NCBI RefSeq assembly: GCF_000015225.1
Contig: NC_008698.1
Location: 1,500,001 to 1,532,000 of the forward strand
Source of the DNA: Thermofilum pendens Hrk 5
Lineage (GTDB): Archaea > Thermoproteota > Thermoprotei > Thermofilales > Thermofilaceae
Direction of reading: 5' to 3'
DNA: 32,000 nucleotides
The first letter of the stretch is position 1, and each line of letters begins with the position of its first letter. A program made the translations under genes and the position numbers. Under the pieces are notes generated by a model. It searched no databases and was not told the DNA's origin. It worked only from the letters and a program-made list of their open reading frames with translations. Positions 8,827-17,366 of the stretch are shown here, in pieces.

Positions 8827-10182
8827 CTAGCCTATCTCCACGAATTCCATCCCCACCTTTTTGAGCGCGTAGCTAACCTCGCGCAGGTAGTCCCCGTATA
8901 CTATCAGCCAGTGGAAGCCCCTGAGCTCCCTTAGGAGGCGTCGCCAGTCCCCCTCTATCTCGATCTCGGCTTGGCTCCTGCAGATGGGCAGGAAGGGGGC
9001 TTCTGCAATCTTCCCCCTGAAGCCCACCCAAGTTTTCTCCTCGAAGTCTGGGATGAGCACCGTCACTACCTGCCCCTTCCTGAACTCCACCTTGGGTGCC
9101 GCTCCGTAGTCGGACTCGAAGTGCGTGAGTATCCGGGCCGGCTCCCTACTTCTGCCGTCCATGAGCCTAGGCGCTGTGCAGTGGGCTACAGTCACTATGC
9201 CGTCGTGGGGCAACGTGGGGTCTGCGAGGAACACGGGCTTCCCGGAGGCGTAGTGGAGAAGTATCGCCGCGGGTATAGCGACGAAGTCGCTCTCGCAGAG
9301 CGCGAGGTAACCCTCGTCGTTCAGGAGGCTGAGCGCGAGGCACGCGGTGGTCTTCGCGATAGGCATTATCGTTGTCATGCACTCGTTCACAGTTATTATC
9401 CTGGCCTCGTGCTCCTCGAGGAGTTGCTTAAACACGAGGTACAGGACGAAGGCGTTCACGACGAACTCCTCCCTAGTCTCCAGGCGTACCCCCTCCTCCG
9501 AGAGGTACTCCTTAGCCATCCGCTTAGCCTCCTCCAAGCACCGCTCGTCGCCCATAGCCTTCTTTATCCTCTCGGCAAGCTCGGCGTAGGAGACTTCGAC
9601 TATGTCGAGGTGCCACCTCGCCCTCGCAAGCTCGACAGCCTTCCCGCCTATACCCCACCCCGACGCGCCTCCAACCGCGACAACCCTAGCCCCGAGGGTG
9701 TTCTTCAAGGCGTAGAGCGCCCGGAGCCTCCTCAGAAGCTCCTCGTAGTCGTCTACGACCACGTCGTCGTAGTCCAGCCAAACCTGACCGATGCGGTCGT
9801 TGTACCGCCTTATCAGCCTGGCGTCTATTATCTCGTACCACAGGTAGAGGGGGCCGGACCTATGCCTGAGGAAAACAACTGTCGGCCCGCGGTAGGCAAC
9901 GCCTATCAGGAGCCCCTCGTCCCCGCCGGCGGCGTAGAGCAGGTAAACGTCCGCCTTCTCCAGGCGATCCACGTCCCCGTAGCTCTTCACCATGCCTACT
10001 GGTAGAAACTTGAGGGGGAAGCCGGCTCTCTGCTCGAGGTTCTTTAGCTCGGCCTTGATCCTACGCCTCTCCTCCTCAGCGCTCTCCTCGTCCGCTATCC
10101 CTCCCCAGGCGCGCCAGCTCGTAGCCTCGCGCCTCTCGTACACGCTGTACGCAAGAACAGGCTTCACGGTCAGCTCAACCAA
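8827..10182 (-). CDS. L-fucose/L-arabinose isomerase-like family protein (uncharacterised sugar isomerase)
   Basis: The 451 aa central/C-terminal region resembles the FucI/AraA fold signature (TTACLALSLLNDEGYLALCESDFVAIPAAILLHYASGKPVFLADP). The CDS is clearly real from its long, protein-like composition. The function is tentative. Confidence 0.55.
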   Translation of the reverse strand: MVELTVKPVLAYSVYERREATSWRAWGGIADEESAEEERRRIKAELKNLEQRAGFPLKFLPVGMVKSYGDVDRLEKADVYLLYAAGGDEGLLIGVAYRGPTVVFLRHRSGPLYLWYEIIDARLIRRYNDRIGQVWLDYDDVVVDDYEELLRRLRALYALKNTLGARVVAVGGASGWGIGGKAVELARARWHLDIVEVSYAELAERIKKAMGDERCLEEAKRMAKEYLSEEGVRLETREEFVVNAFVLYLVFKQLLEEHEARIITVNECMTTIMPIAKTTACLALSLLNDEGYLALCESDFVAIPAAILLHYASGKPVFLADPTLPHDGIVTVAHCTAPRLMDGRSREPARILTHFESDYGAAPKVEFRKGQVVTVLIPDFEEKTWVGFRGKIAEAPFLPICRSQAEIEIEGDWRRLLRELRGFHWLIVYGDYLREVSYALKKVGMEFVEIG

Positions 10183-10355
10183 AGCCTCTCGCCGGGTAAG
10201 CTTTCCGAAAAGCCCCTATTATTCCTAACTCTTCGGGGAAAGCCGCGCGCCTGGAGCGGCTACGCTCGTAACGCCCGTAGGCGCTACACCCTCGAGAGCC
10301 AGGCACCCGCGGTCTGAGCCTGACAAGCTACGCGGGGGCCTCGCAATTTTCAAAA

Positions 10356-10363
10356 TATTTATA
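10356..10363 (+). promoter_or_regulatory. TATA box (TATTTATA) with an upstream A-rich BRE-like tract, for the ABC-2 exporter operon
   Basis: The sequence is caaaaTATTTATAgg. ATG 10391 starts 28 nt after the end of the box. Confidence 0.55.
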
Positions 10364-10390
10364 GGTGTAGGTCGCGTGGCGCCATCGAGT

Positions 10391-11410
10391 ATGGGCGAGG
10401 GGGTTGGTAGAAGCTCCTGCATCGTTGTCCGAGGAGTCTCGAAGGTGTTTAGCGGCGGGGTCAGGGCGCTCGACGGCGTCTCGATGGTGGTCGAGGAGGG
10501 AGAGATACACGCCGTGCTGGGGCCCAACGGCGCCGGGAAGACTACGCTCATGCGTGTACTAACCACGCAGATCAAGCCTTCCAGCGGCGATGCGTGGGTT
10601 CTGGGCCGCCACGTCGTTAAGGAGGCGGCGAGGGTGCGGGAAGTCATAGGGTACGTGCCGCAGGAGTTCTCGGTGTGGACGGACCTTACGGGCTACGAGA
10701 ACGCCATGATATACGCGAAGCTCTACGGGGTTCCTCCGAGCGAGAGGAGGAGGGTCGTCGAGGACATGCTCGAGTTCATGGGCCTGGGGGAGGCTAAGCA
10801 CAGGCTTGTGAAGACGTACTCCGGGGGGATGATTAGGCGCTTAGAGCTCGGGATAGCGCTGATGACCAAGCCGCGCGTCCTGTTCCTCGACGAGCCCACC
10901 ATAGGGCTTGACCCCCGCGCGAGGGAGCTCGTGTGGTCCAGGATTCTGGAGTACGCGGGGGAGGGCGGCGTGACGGTAGTCTTCAACACGCACTACATGG
11001 ACGAGGCGGAGAGGTTTGCGGGCAAGGTCACCGTGATGAATAGGGGGAGGGTTATCGCCGAGGGGGCTCCGAGAGAGCTCGTAGAGAAGGCTGGGGGCGG
11101 CGCAACCGTGAAGATCGAGTTCGACGGCGAGCTGGAGAAAGCCCTGGGAGCCCTGTCGGGGGTTAGGGGCGTCGAGGTGGTCTCCGCCGGGAACCCCGTC
11201 GTACTGAGAGTCGAGGACCTCGAGGTACAGGTAGCCGGAGTGTTCAGGGCGCTCCTGGGCAACGGGGTCAACGTGAAGAAAGTGAGCCTACAGCCCCCCT
11301 CTCTCGAGGACGTCTTCCTCAGGCTTACGGGTATGACGTTCGAGGAGGCAGAGAGGTCTAGCCTGAGGGAGGTGGCCGCCACCCGTAAGGCTATAGGAAG
11401 GGGTGGTTGA
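10391..11410 (+). CDS. ABC-2 type exporter ATP-binding protein (DrrA/CcmA-like)
   Basis: Walker A GPNGAGKTT, signature YSGGMIRRLELGIAL, Walker B LFLDEPTIGLD and H-loop NTHYMDEA are present. The TATA-like TATTTATA at 10356-10363 predicts a TSS near 10385. This favours ATG 10391 over the track's GTG 10376. Confidence 0.9.
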   Translation: MGEGVGRSSCIVVRGVSKVFSGGVRALDGVSMVVEEGEIHAVLGPNGAGKTTLMRVLTTQIKPSSGDAWVLGRHVVKEAARVREVIGYVPQEFSVWTDLTGYENAMIYAKLYGVPPSERRRVVEDMLEFMGLGEAKHRLVKTYSGGMIRRLELGIALMTKPRVLFLDEPTIGLDPRARELVWSRILEYAGEGGVTVVFNTHYMDEAERFAGKVTVMNRGRVIAEGAPRELVEKAGGGATVKIEFDGELEKALGALSGVRGVEVVSAGNPVVLRVEDLEVQVAGVFRALLGNGVNVKKVSLQPPSLEDVFLRLTGMTFEEAERSSLREVAATRKAIGRGG

Positions 11411-12170
11411 GGTGGCTGTGGACAAGGTGCTCGCGTTCGTCGAGCTGGAGCTGAGGAGGCTACGCCACGACCCCACGGAGGTCTTCACAAGGGCCGTGCA
11501 ACCGGCGCTGTGGATAGGGGTCTTCGGCACGGTGATGAGTAGGGTCAGGGCTATACCAACGGGTAGCGTTGACTACCTGACGTTCATAGCTCCCGGCGTG
11601 CTCATGCAGTCAACCTCCTTTATAGCCATAGCCTACGGCATAATGCTCGTCTGGGAGAGGGACTCGGGAATACTCAAAAGGGTCCTCACGTTACCCGTTA
11701 ACCGCTTCCTCATAGTGCTGGGGCGCTCCCTCTCAGGGGCCACGAGGGCTCTGTCCCAGCTGTTCGTGGTTCTCCTCATAGCGCTCCCCCTCGGCGCCAG
11801 GCTCAACGTTAACCCGCTCGCACTCTGCCTAGCCGCCCTGGCGGTCTACGTCTGCTCGACGGGCCTCACAGCCCTCTCGATAATAATGGCGTCGGCCATG
11901 AAGACGAGGGAGAGGTTCATGGGGATCATCCAGGCTATAACCATGCCGCTTTTCTTCACAAGCAACGCTCTCTACCCCGTAGAGTTCATGCCGCAACCGC
12001 TCCAGTACGTAAGCCTCTTCAACCCGCTCACCTACACTATCCAGGCGCTCCGCGCCTCGCTGATCTACTGCGACTACTGGTCTACGCTCGCGAATACCGG
12101 GATCCTCGCAACCTTTTCACTCGCAATGCTCCTCGCCGCGACCGCGGCGCTACCCAGGATAATAGAGTGA
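11403..12170 (+). CDS. ABC-2 type exporter permease
   Basis: Six hydrophobic segments and a typical ABC-2 membrane-protein layout. The GTG start overlaps the ATPase stop by 8 nt, suggesting translational coupling. Confidence 0.85.
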   Translation: MVEVAVDKVLAFVELELRRLRHDPTEVFTRAVQPALWIGVFGTVMSRVRAIPTGSVDYLTFIAPGVLMQSTSFIAIAYGIMLVWERDSGILKRVLTLPVNRFLIVLGRSLSGATRALSQLFVVLLIALPLGARLNVNPLALCLAALAVYVCSTGLTALSIIMASAMKTRERFMGIIQAITMPLFFTSNALYPVEFMPQPLQYVSLFNPLTYTIQALRASLIYCDYWSTLANTGILATFSLAMLLAATAALPRIIE

Positions 12171-12174
12171 CGCG

Positions 12175-12876
12175 CTACTGCTTCCCGCCGGAGCCCCGGA
12201 GGGCTTCGAGCAGCCTTAGCAGTAGACCCGCAAGCCTCTCTGAGTTCACGACCACCGTGTAGGAGTTCGCCTCGACGTCTTCCTTCACGTACACCTCTAC
12301 CCTACCAGGCTCCACGAGCAATGCGGCGGGCTCGCCTCCCCCTAGCTCCACGACATTCACCCTTCTGCGCAGAAGCTCCGCGTCGCGCTCCCCGAACACC
12401 TTCGAGGCGTCCGAGCAGACAACGGTTGCCTCCGCGCTCCTCAGAGCCTCCTGCACCAAGGTCGGGAGAGCCCTCTCGCCCCTCACAAGGAAGACCGGGC
12501 TCCGCGCCTCCGGCGAGTAGAGCTTCCTGAGCTCGCTCGTAGCCTCCGAGACCTTCTCCTCGAGCCTTTTTATCTCGCCGAGCAACTCGCTCCTCCTCCT
12601 CTCGAGGAGGTTGCGCATAGCGGTCTCGGGGTCTAGTGCCTGGAACCTGAGGGGCCTCCCGGGCACCGAGGCTAGGAGCCCCTTGTTCTCGAGGCTTGAG
12701 AGCACGTCGTAAGCCTTCGTGTAGGATATCCCGCTGAGGTCCGCGACTTCGCTTACCGTCGCCACGCCCCTTATTAGGAGCGCGAGGTACGCCTTTATCT
12801 CGTACCGGGAGAAGCCCAGGGAGGCTAGAACCTCTTCCACTCTGCTCATCGCCGCGCGGTCAGCCTCGCCTGGCAT
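12175..12876 (-). CDS. TrmB-like transcriptional regulator (short form)
   Basis: Winged HTH of the TrmB family (LGFSRYEIKAYLALLIRGVATVSEVADLSGISYTKAYDVLSSLENKGLLASVPGRPLRFQAL) followed by a coiled-coil linker. ATG 12876 directly abuts the TAA of the upstream KaiC-like gene. The alternative start is ATG 12849. Confidence 0.75.
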   Translation of the reverse strand: MPGEADRAAMSRVEEVLASLGFSRYEIKAYLALLIRGVATVSEVADLSGISYTKAYDVLSSLENKGLLASVPGRPLRFQALDPETAMRNLLERRRSELLGEIKRLEEKVSEATSELRKLYSPEARSPVFLVRGERALPTLVQEALRSAEATVVCSDASKVFGERDAELLRRRVNVVELGGGEPAALLVEPGRVEVYVKEDVEANSYTVVVNSERLAGLLLRLLEALRGSGGKQ

Positions 12877-13599
12877 TTAGCGCTCCTCACCCTCCACGGG
12901 GGTCGCGGCGCTCATATCGTGCGAAAGCCTGAACGGGGTTAGAGGGTAGGAAGTCTTTATGCAGCGCAGAATCCTGAGGTAGCGGCTGCTCCCCCGCCTC
13001 GAGAGCTCGAAGACGACGTCGGGGAGGCTCTTCAAGAAGCACTCGTAGTGCTTGTTGAGCACCCCCTCGCTGTACACCATTACGTGTATACCGCGGGATC
13101 TGCGAGCCTCTGCGTGCAACCTGCCGATAAAGCCGGGTATCAGCTCCTTGGATGCCGAGAAGAAGAGCGTCGAGAGGTGCGATATCACGAGCCTGTACCT
13201 ATCGCCCGGCTCGAGGAACTCCCGCTTGGCCACCACTATCTCCCTAAGCACCTCGTCGAGGTCGAAGGGGTTCTCGACTAGGTACCTCGCGGAGCTCTCA
13301 ACGCCAACCCTCGGCGAGAAGCAGTCTATGAAGACAAGCCTGCCCTCCTCTATGAAGCGCCGCGCGCTCATCCCGTACTTCTCCATGTTCTCCACGATGT
13401 CCTCCGGGAAGAGGTCGACCGTAACATAGATGCCCTTCTCACCCTCGAGCAGACCCTCGTAGAGTATCCTCTGGGCAAAAGTGTTCTTCTTGCTACCTAT
13501 GGACCCGGCGACGAGAACGGAGGAAGGCCTCGGCAACCCGCCCTCTAGAGCCTCGTCCAGCCCCTTTATACCCGTGCGCGCGCGCTCCATCCCTTCCAC
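12877..13599 (-). CDS. KaiC/RadA-paralog-like single RecA-domain protein with degenerate nucleotide-binding motifs
   Basis: KaiC-like N-terminus (TGIKGLDEALEGGLPRPSSVLVAG...). The P-loop reads GSIGSKKN instead of GxxGxGKT. The Walker B position reads LVISHLS instead of hhhhDS. Confidence 0.7.
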   Translation of the reverse strand: MEGMERARTGIKGLDEALEGGLPRPSSVLVAGSIGSKKNTFAQRILYEGLLEGEKGIYVTVDLFPEDIVENMEKYGMSARRFIEEGRLVFIDCFSPRVGVESSARYLVENPFDLDEVLREIVVAKREFLEPGDRYRLVISHLSTLFFSASKELIPGFIGRLHAEARRSRGIHVMVYSEGVLNKHYECFLKSLPDVVFELSRRGSSRYLRILRCIKTSYPLTPFRLSHDMSAATPVEGEER

Positions 13600-13620
13600 G
13601 TTTTAAGCTTCTCGGAGAAA

Positions 13621-13631
13621 AGTATTTATCC
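13621..13631. promoter_or_regulatory. Shared or bidirectional TATA-like element between the KaiC-like operon (-) and the DASS gene (+)
   Basis: The plus strand reads agTATTTATcc and the minus strand reads ATAAATA. The centre is about 26 nt from the minus-strand ATG 13599, which would make that transcript leaderless. It is about 26 nt upstream of a predicted plus-strand TSS near 13652. Confidence 0.45.
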
Positions 13632-13667
13632 TTGTCTGCGCAAATTTTTCACGCTAGGTGAAAAAAT

Positions 13668-15149
13668 TTGACCAATGCTGAAAAAAGAGGTTTCGGGAAG
13701 TACCTCCAGGCAGCCGGGATGCCGCTAGCGATCTTCGCGCTCCTCGCGATCTCCCTGATGCCCACGCCGCCAGGCCTCACCGTGTGGGGGCAGAGGGCCC
13801 TCGCCGTGTTCACCTTCGCCCTCATACTATGGCTTACGTCGCCGATTCCCTTCTGGCTGACCTCGCTACTGGCCATAGCCCTTCTCCCGATAACCGGCGG
13901 CTACTCCGTTACGTCGACCTTCCAGCAGCTCGGGCAGGACGTTATATGGCTCATGGTCTGCGCCTTCATACTCTCGAGCGCGATGGAGAAGACAGGTATA
14001 GGCAAGAGGCTCGCGTACAGGCTCCTCCTAGTCTTCGGCGGGTCCCCGTCCCTAACGCTACTGGGGCTGATACTGATAAACCTCGCCCTAGCCTTCGTAG
14101 TCCCCAGCACCACCGCGAGGGCTAGCATAATGCTCCCGATAGCCCTACTCATAGCCGAGGCCTACAATCTTAAGCCCGGCGAGAGCAACTACGGGAAGAT
14201 ACTCATGATGCAACAGCCCATGGCCAACAACCTGAGTACTTCCATGATACTCACGGCTACCGCGCCGCAGATACTCGCGTGGAGCTTCCTGAAGGGGATG
14301 GCGGGGGTCGAGGTACCGTGGCTCACCTGGCTGGTCGCCCAGATGCCCGTAATACTGGTAATGCTGGTAGTACTGTGGATCGTCGGGCTTAAGCTCTTCC
14401 CGCCCGAGATAGGCTCCACGGCGAGCACGGAGTGGCGCGCGAAGCTCAAGGAGGAGCTCAAGTCCATGGGACCGCTGAGCCGGGAGGAGAAGTACACGCT
14501 CGCCGTATTCCTCCTAGTGCTATTCCTATGGGCTACGGACCAGTGGCACGAGGTAATGTTCGCAGGGCTCAGCATACCCTACGCTCTCGCGGCTGTCATA
14601 GGTGCCTCCCTACTGTTCCTGCCAAAGCTAGGCCCCCTCAAGAAGTGGGGCGACGCGAAGATACCGTGGGACCTGATGATATTCAGCGCCGGCGCGTACG
14701 CAGTTGGGCTCGCGCTCAACGACTCCGGGGGCGGGCAGTGGCTGGTAATGCAGCTTGTCAACGCGCTTGGGCTTCAGAAAGGCGTGGACCTCTTCGTAGC
14801 CTACGCGCTCCTCCTGGCCCTCATGCTCTACAGCCACGTGTTCTTCTCGAGCAAGACGACCAGAACCGCGATATTCATACCGCTCTACATAGCCCTCGCC
14901 AGGGCTCTCGGCCTACCGCCCGTAGCCATAGCGCTACCCGCCGCCTTCGTTATATCCTGGGACCTCACGTTCCCGTACAACTGCAAGCCTAACCTCATCT
15001 ACTTCGGAACCGGGTACTTCACCATGCGCGACATGATAATCTACGGCCTAACGATATGCACTATCGGCTACGTCCTCTACCTCGCCGTCGGCTGGCCCTG
15101 GCTTAACTTCCTGGCTTCGATAGGGATGCTTCCGGGGTGGAAGGTGTGA
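13668..15149 (+). CDS. DASS/SLC13-family anion:cation symporter
   Basis: Multi-pass permease with DASS-type hairpin motifs (VVPSTTARASIMLPI and SSKTTRTAIFIPL). The TTG start at 13668 lies 6 nt after GGTGA (13657-13661). The alternative start is ATG 13719. Confidence 0.85.
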   Translation: MTNAEKRGFGKYLQAAGMPLAIFALLAISLMPTPPGLTVWGQRALAVFTFALILWLTSPIPFWLTSLLAIALLPITGGYSVTSTFQQLGQDVIWLMVCAFILSSAMEKTGIGKRLAYRLLLVFGGSPSLTLLGLILINLALAFVVPSTTARASIMLPIALLIAEAYNLKPGESNYGKILMMQQPMANNLSTSMILTATAPQILAWSFLKGMAGVEVPWLTWLVAQMPVILVMLVVLWIVGLKLFPPEIGSTASTEWRAKLKEELKSMGPLSREEKYTLAVFLLVLFLWATDQWHEVMFAGLSIPYALAAVIGASLLFLPKLGPLKKWGDAKIPWDLMIFSAGAYAVGLALNDSGGGQWLVMQLVNALGLQKGVDLFVAYALLLALMLYSHVFFSSKTTRTAIFIPLYIALARALGLPPVAIALPAAFVISWDLTFPYNCKPNLIYFGTGYFTMRDMIIYGLTICTIGYVLYLAVGWPWLNFLASIGMLPGWKV

Positions 15150-15163
15150 GGAGGGTGGTAGGC

Positions 15164-16006
15164 GTGAAGGGCTCCGTAATCCTCGCCACGCTACTCGTAG
15201 CGACCCTGCTTGTAGCCGCGGCTGCGCGCGCCGAGCCCTCAAAGATCAAGGGCGTACTCTACGACGTGAAGATACTGGGCTGGGAGTACAGGGAGGACCT
15301 TGAAAGCGGGGTGTTCACGCTTAACCTAACGGTCTCGTTCAAGATGGCGAACTGCTCGGACTCCGCGCTCGTCGTCCCGCTGGGGTTGTCCTTCGTTAGC
15401 GCCAACCTCACGAAGGCGTCCGTAGTGCTGGACGGCGAGGAGCTGGCGGGCAAGGCGAAGCTCGTAACGAAGCCCCTCTCCAGAGTCGAGATCGCGCTGA
15501 AAAAGCCCGTCTCCGGCCCCAAGTGGGCAACGGTCACCGTTTCCATCGTGTGCCAGGTGAAGAGCGGGGCTAAGATCCAGTCCGGCTACGCCAAGGACTA
15601 CACCCCCGTGAGCGACAAGGTGCTCAACATACCCGTGACGAACTACTTCACGTCCGTTAGCTGGGAGAAGGACGGCGACCTGCCGGGCGTGAGGATACGC
15701 GTGTGCCCGCCCAGCGGATGGAACGCGGTGTACGCGGTTTCCTCGATAACATCGAAGGTCGCAACCCTGGATATCCGCAGGGTGGACTCCTGCTTCGAGT
15801 TCTGGAACCTCGACGAGAAAACCGTGACCCCCAAGTCCCTGAGCCCCGGCTCCTCGTTCTCGGCTGAAGTCGCAGTCCTACCTGCGCCTTCGCCGAGCCA
15901 GCCGCACGTCGCGCTCGTGGCGCTGGCCCTCGTAGCCGCGGCGTGCTTCTTCGCCTGGTACTACAGGGACGTATACAGGTACGTCGAGCTGAAAGTGGGA
16001 GGCTAA
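15164..16006 (+). CDS. Exported, C-terminally membrane-anchored protein of unknown function
   Basis: Signal-peptide-like N-terminus (MKGSVILATLLVATLLVAAAARAEP), a beta-rich body, a P/S linker (PAPSPSQP) and a C-terminal TM segment (HVALVALALVAAACFFAWYY). GTG 15164 lies 6 nt after GGAGGGTG. The track start 15137 overlaps the DASS gene. Confidence 0.6.
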   Translation: MKGSVILATLLVATLLVAAAARAEPSKIKGVLYDVKILGWEYREDLESGVFTLNLTVSFKMANCSDSALVVPLGLSFVSANLTKASVVLDGEELAGKAKLVTKPLSRVEIALKKPVSGPKWATVTVSIVCQVKSGAKIQSGYAKDYTPVSDKVLNIPVTNYFTSVSWEKDGDLPGVRIRVCPPSGWNAVYAVSSITSKVATLDIRRVDSCFEFWNLDEKTVTPKSLSPGSSFSAEVAVLPAPSPSQPHVALVALALVAAACFFAWYYRDVYRYVELKVGG

Positions 16007-16040
16007 AAATAGGGGTATTTTTCTCCTTAGGTGTCTAGTT

Positions 16041-17366
16041 ATGAGGCTCGTTTTTCTCGGTGGCTACCGGGAGCAGGGGAGGTCCTGCCTAGCCTTGGAG
16101 CACGGGGGGCGCTACTACGTATTCGACGTCGGCGTGAAGAAGGTGTACTCCGGGGGCAAGTACGGCGAGCCCCCGTTCCTCGGGCTGATAGACGCCGGGA
16201 AGGTAGAGGCGGTTTTCGTCAGCCACCTCCACGAGGACCACCTCGCCGCTGTCCCGGCCCTCGTTAGGAGGGGTTTCAACGGCCCGATATACATGAGCGC
16301 GCCGACCGCCGAGCTGGGCATCAAGCAGTGGTATAAGTGGACGGTCCTCGAGGAGGATGGTAAGCCCCTCTTCACGGAGGAGGACTGCGACGAGGCCAGG
16401 AAGATGGTGAAGACGGTCGGCGATGGTAGCGTGGTTACTAGCGGCGACGTCGAAGTAGCCTTCCACCAGTCGGGCCACGCTTTAGGCTCGATGTACATGG
16501 AGGTATCGGTGGGCGGCTGGAGTATGCTCTACGCCGCGGACATAAACAGGGGGTCAAGCGTCTTCCGCGACCCGGCCCCCGCGCCCAGTAGCTACGACGT
16601 CGTAATAGCGAATGCCTCTTACGGCGACAGAGTTGTGGACGCGGGAGTCGGGGAGCGGAGGGTGGCGGCGCTCGTCCTCGAAACTGTTAAGCGGGGCGGC
16701 ACTGCGCTCATACCGGTTACAGCCGTGGGGAGGGGGCAGGAGACGCTCATGATCCTCCTCCGTAGCAGGGAGATCCTCGGGAGCGGGGCTCCCATATTCG
16801 TCGAGAAGTCTATAGCGGAGGGCGTCGAGCGTGTCGCCGCGTACGAGGGCTACGTCAAGCCTGAGTTCCTCGAAGTTGCCAAGAGGAAGCCCCACCTAGC
16901 GGAGCCCTTCCACGTCTTCTCGAAGGACGAGGTGGACGAGGTTGCGCGCGTAAAGCCGTCCGTAGTGCTCGCAACCGACCTCATGTTGATGGAGACTTCC
17001 AGGAGGTTCTTCGAGAAGCTGAGGGAAGACCCCTCCTCGTCCGTCATACTGACGGGCTACCAGGCTCCGGGCACGTTCGGCAGGAGGTTGCTCGATCACA
17101 GAGAGGCGGGTGCCTTCACGTTTAACGGCGAAGTGGTCCGGTTCTCCTGCAGGGTCTACGACGTCCCCGTCAAGATGCACTTCGACGTTAGGGATAACGT
17201 GGAGCTCGTCCAGAGGACTCTCAAGGAGGAGGGGTTGGTGGTGCTCCACCACGGAGAGGAGCCTAACTCCACGAGGCTCGCGCTCCACCTCTTCAACTAC
17301 GTCAAGCCGGAGAGGGTTGTAGTGCCGCAGGTACCCTCGGACCTCTACCTGGTGAGGAGTGGATGA
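16041..17366 (+). CDS. Metallo-beta-lactamase / beta-CASP family ribonuclease (aCPSF2/aRNase J-like, no KH domains)
   Basis: MBL motif 2 is HLHEDH and motif 3 is the His in HQSGHALGS. beta-CASP motif A is NASYGDR (ESTYG-like), motif B is MHFD and motif C is LHHGE. Confidence 0.8.
   Translation: MRLVFLGGYREQGRSCLALEHGGRYYVFDVGVKKVYSGGKYGEPPFLGLIDAGKVEAVFVSHLHEDHLAAVPALVRRGFNGPIYMSAPTAELGIKQWYKWTVLEEDGKPLFTEEDCDEARKMVKTVGDGSVVTSGDVEVAFHQSGHALGSMYMEVSVGGWSMLYAADINRGSSVFRDPAPAPSSYDVVIANASYGDRVVDAGVGERRVAALVLETVKRGGTALIPVTAVGRGQETLMILLRSREILGSGAPIFVEKSIAEGVERVAAYEGYVKPEFLEVAKRKPHLAEPFHVFSKDEVDEVARVKPSVVLATDLMLMETSRRFFEKLREDPSSSVILTGYQAPGTFGRRLLDHREAGAFTFNGEVVRFSCRVYDVPVKMHFDVRDNVELVQRTLKEEGLVVLHHGEEPNSTRLALHLFNYVKPERVVVPQVPSDLYLVRSG

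Noticed and set aside
8971-10005. 344 aa plus-strand ORF opposite the isomerase-like gene. Similar long antisense ORFs occur at 21933-22724, 23251-23823, 27166-27675 and 28735-29403.
   Set aside because: High GC content suppresses stop codons in alternative frames. These translations are R/P/G/H-rich and not protein-like, whereas the opposite-strand frames have recognisable families.
10225-10647. 140 aa minus-strand ORF spanning the divergent intergenic region and the 5' end of the ABC-2 ATPase gene
   Set aside because: Its composition is not protein-like, it overlaps a confidently identified ABC ATPase gene, and it would run across the promoter.
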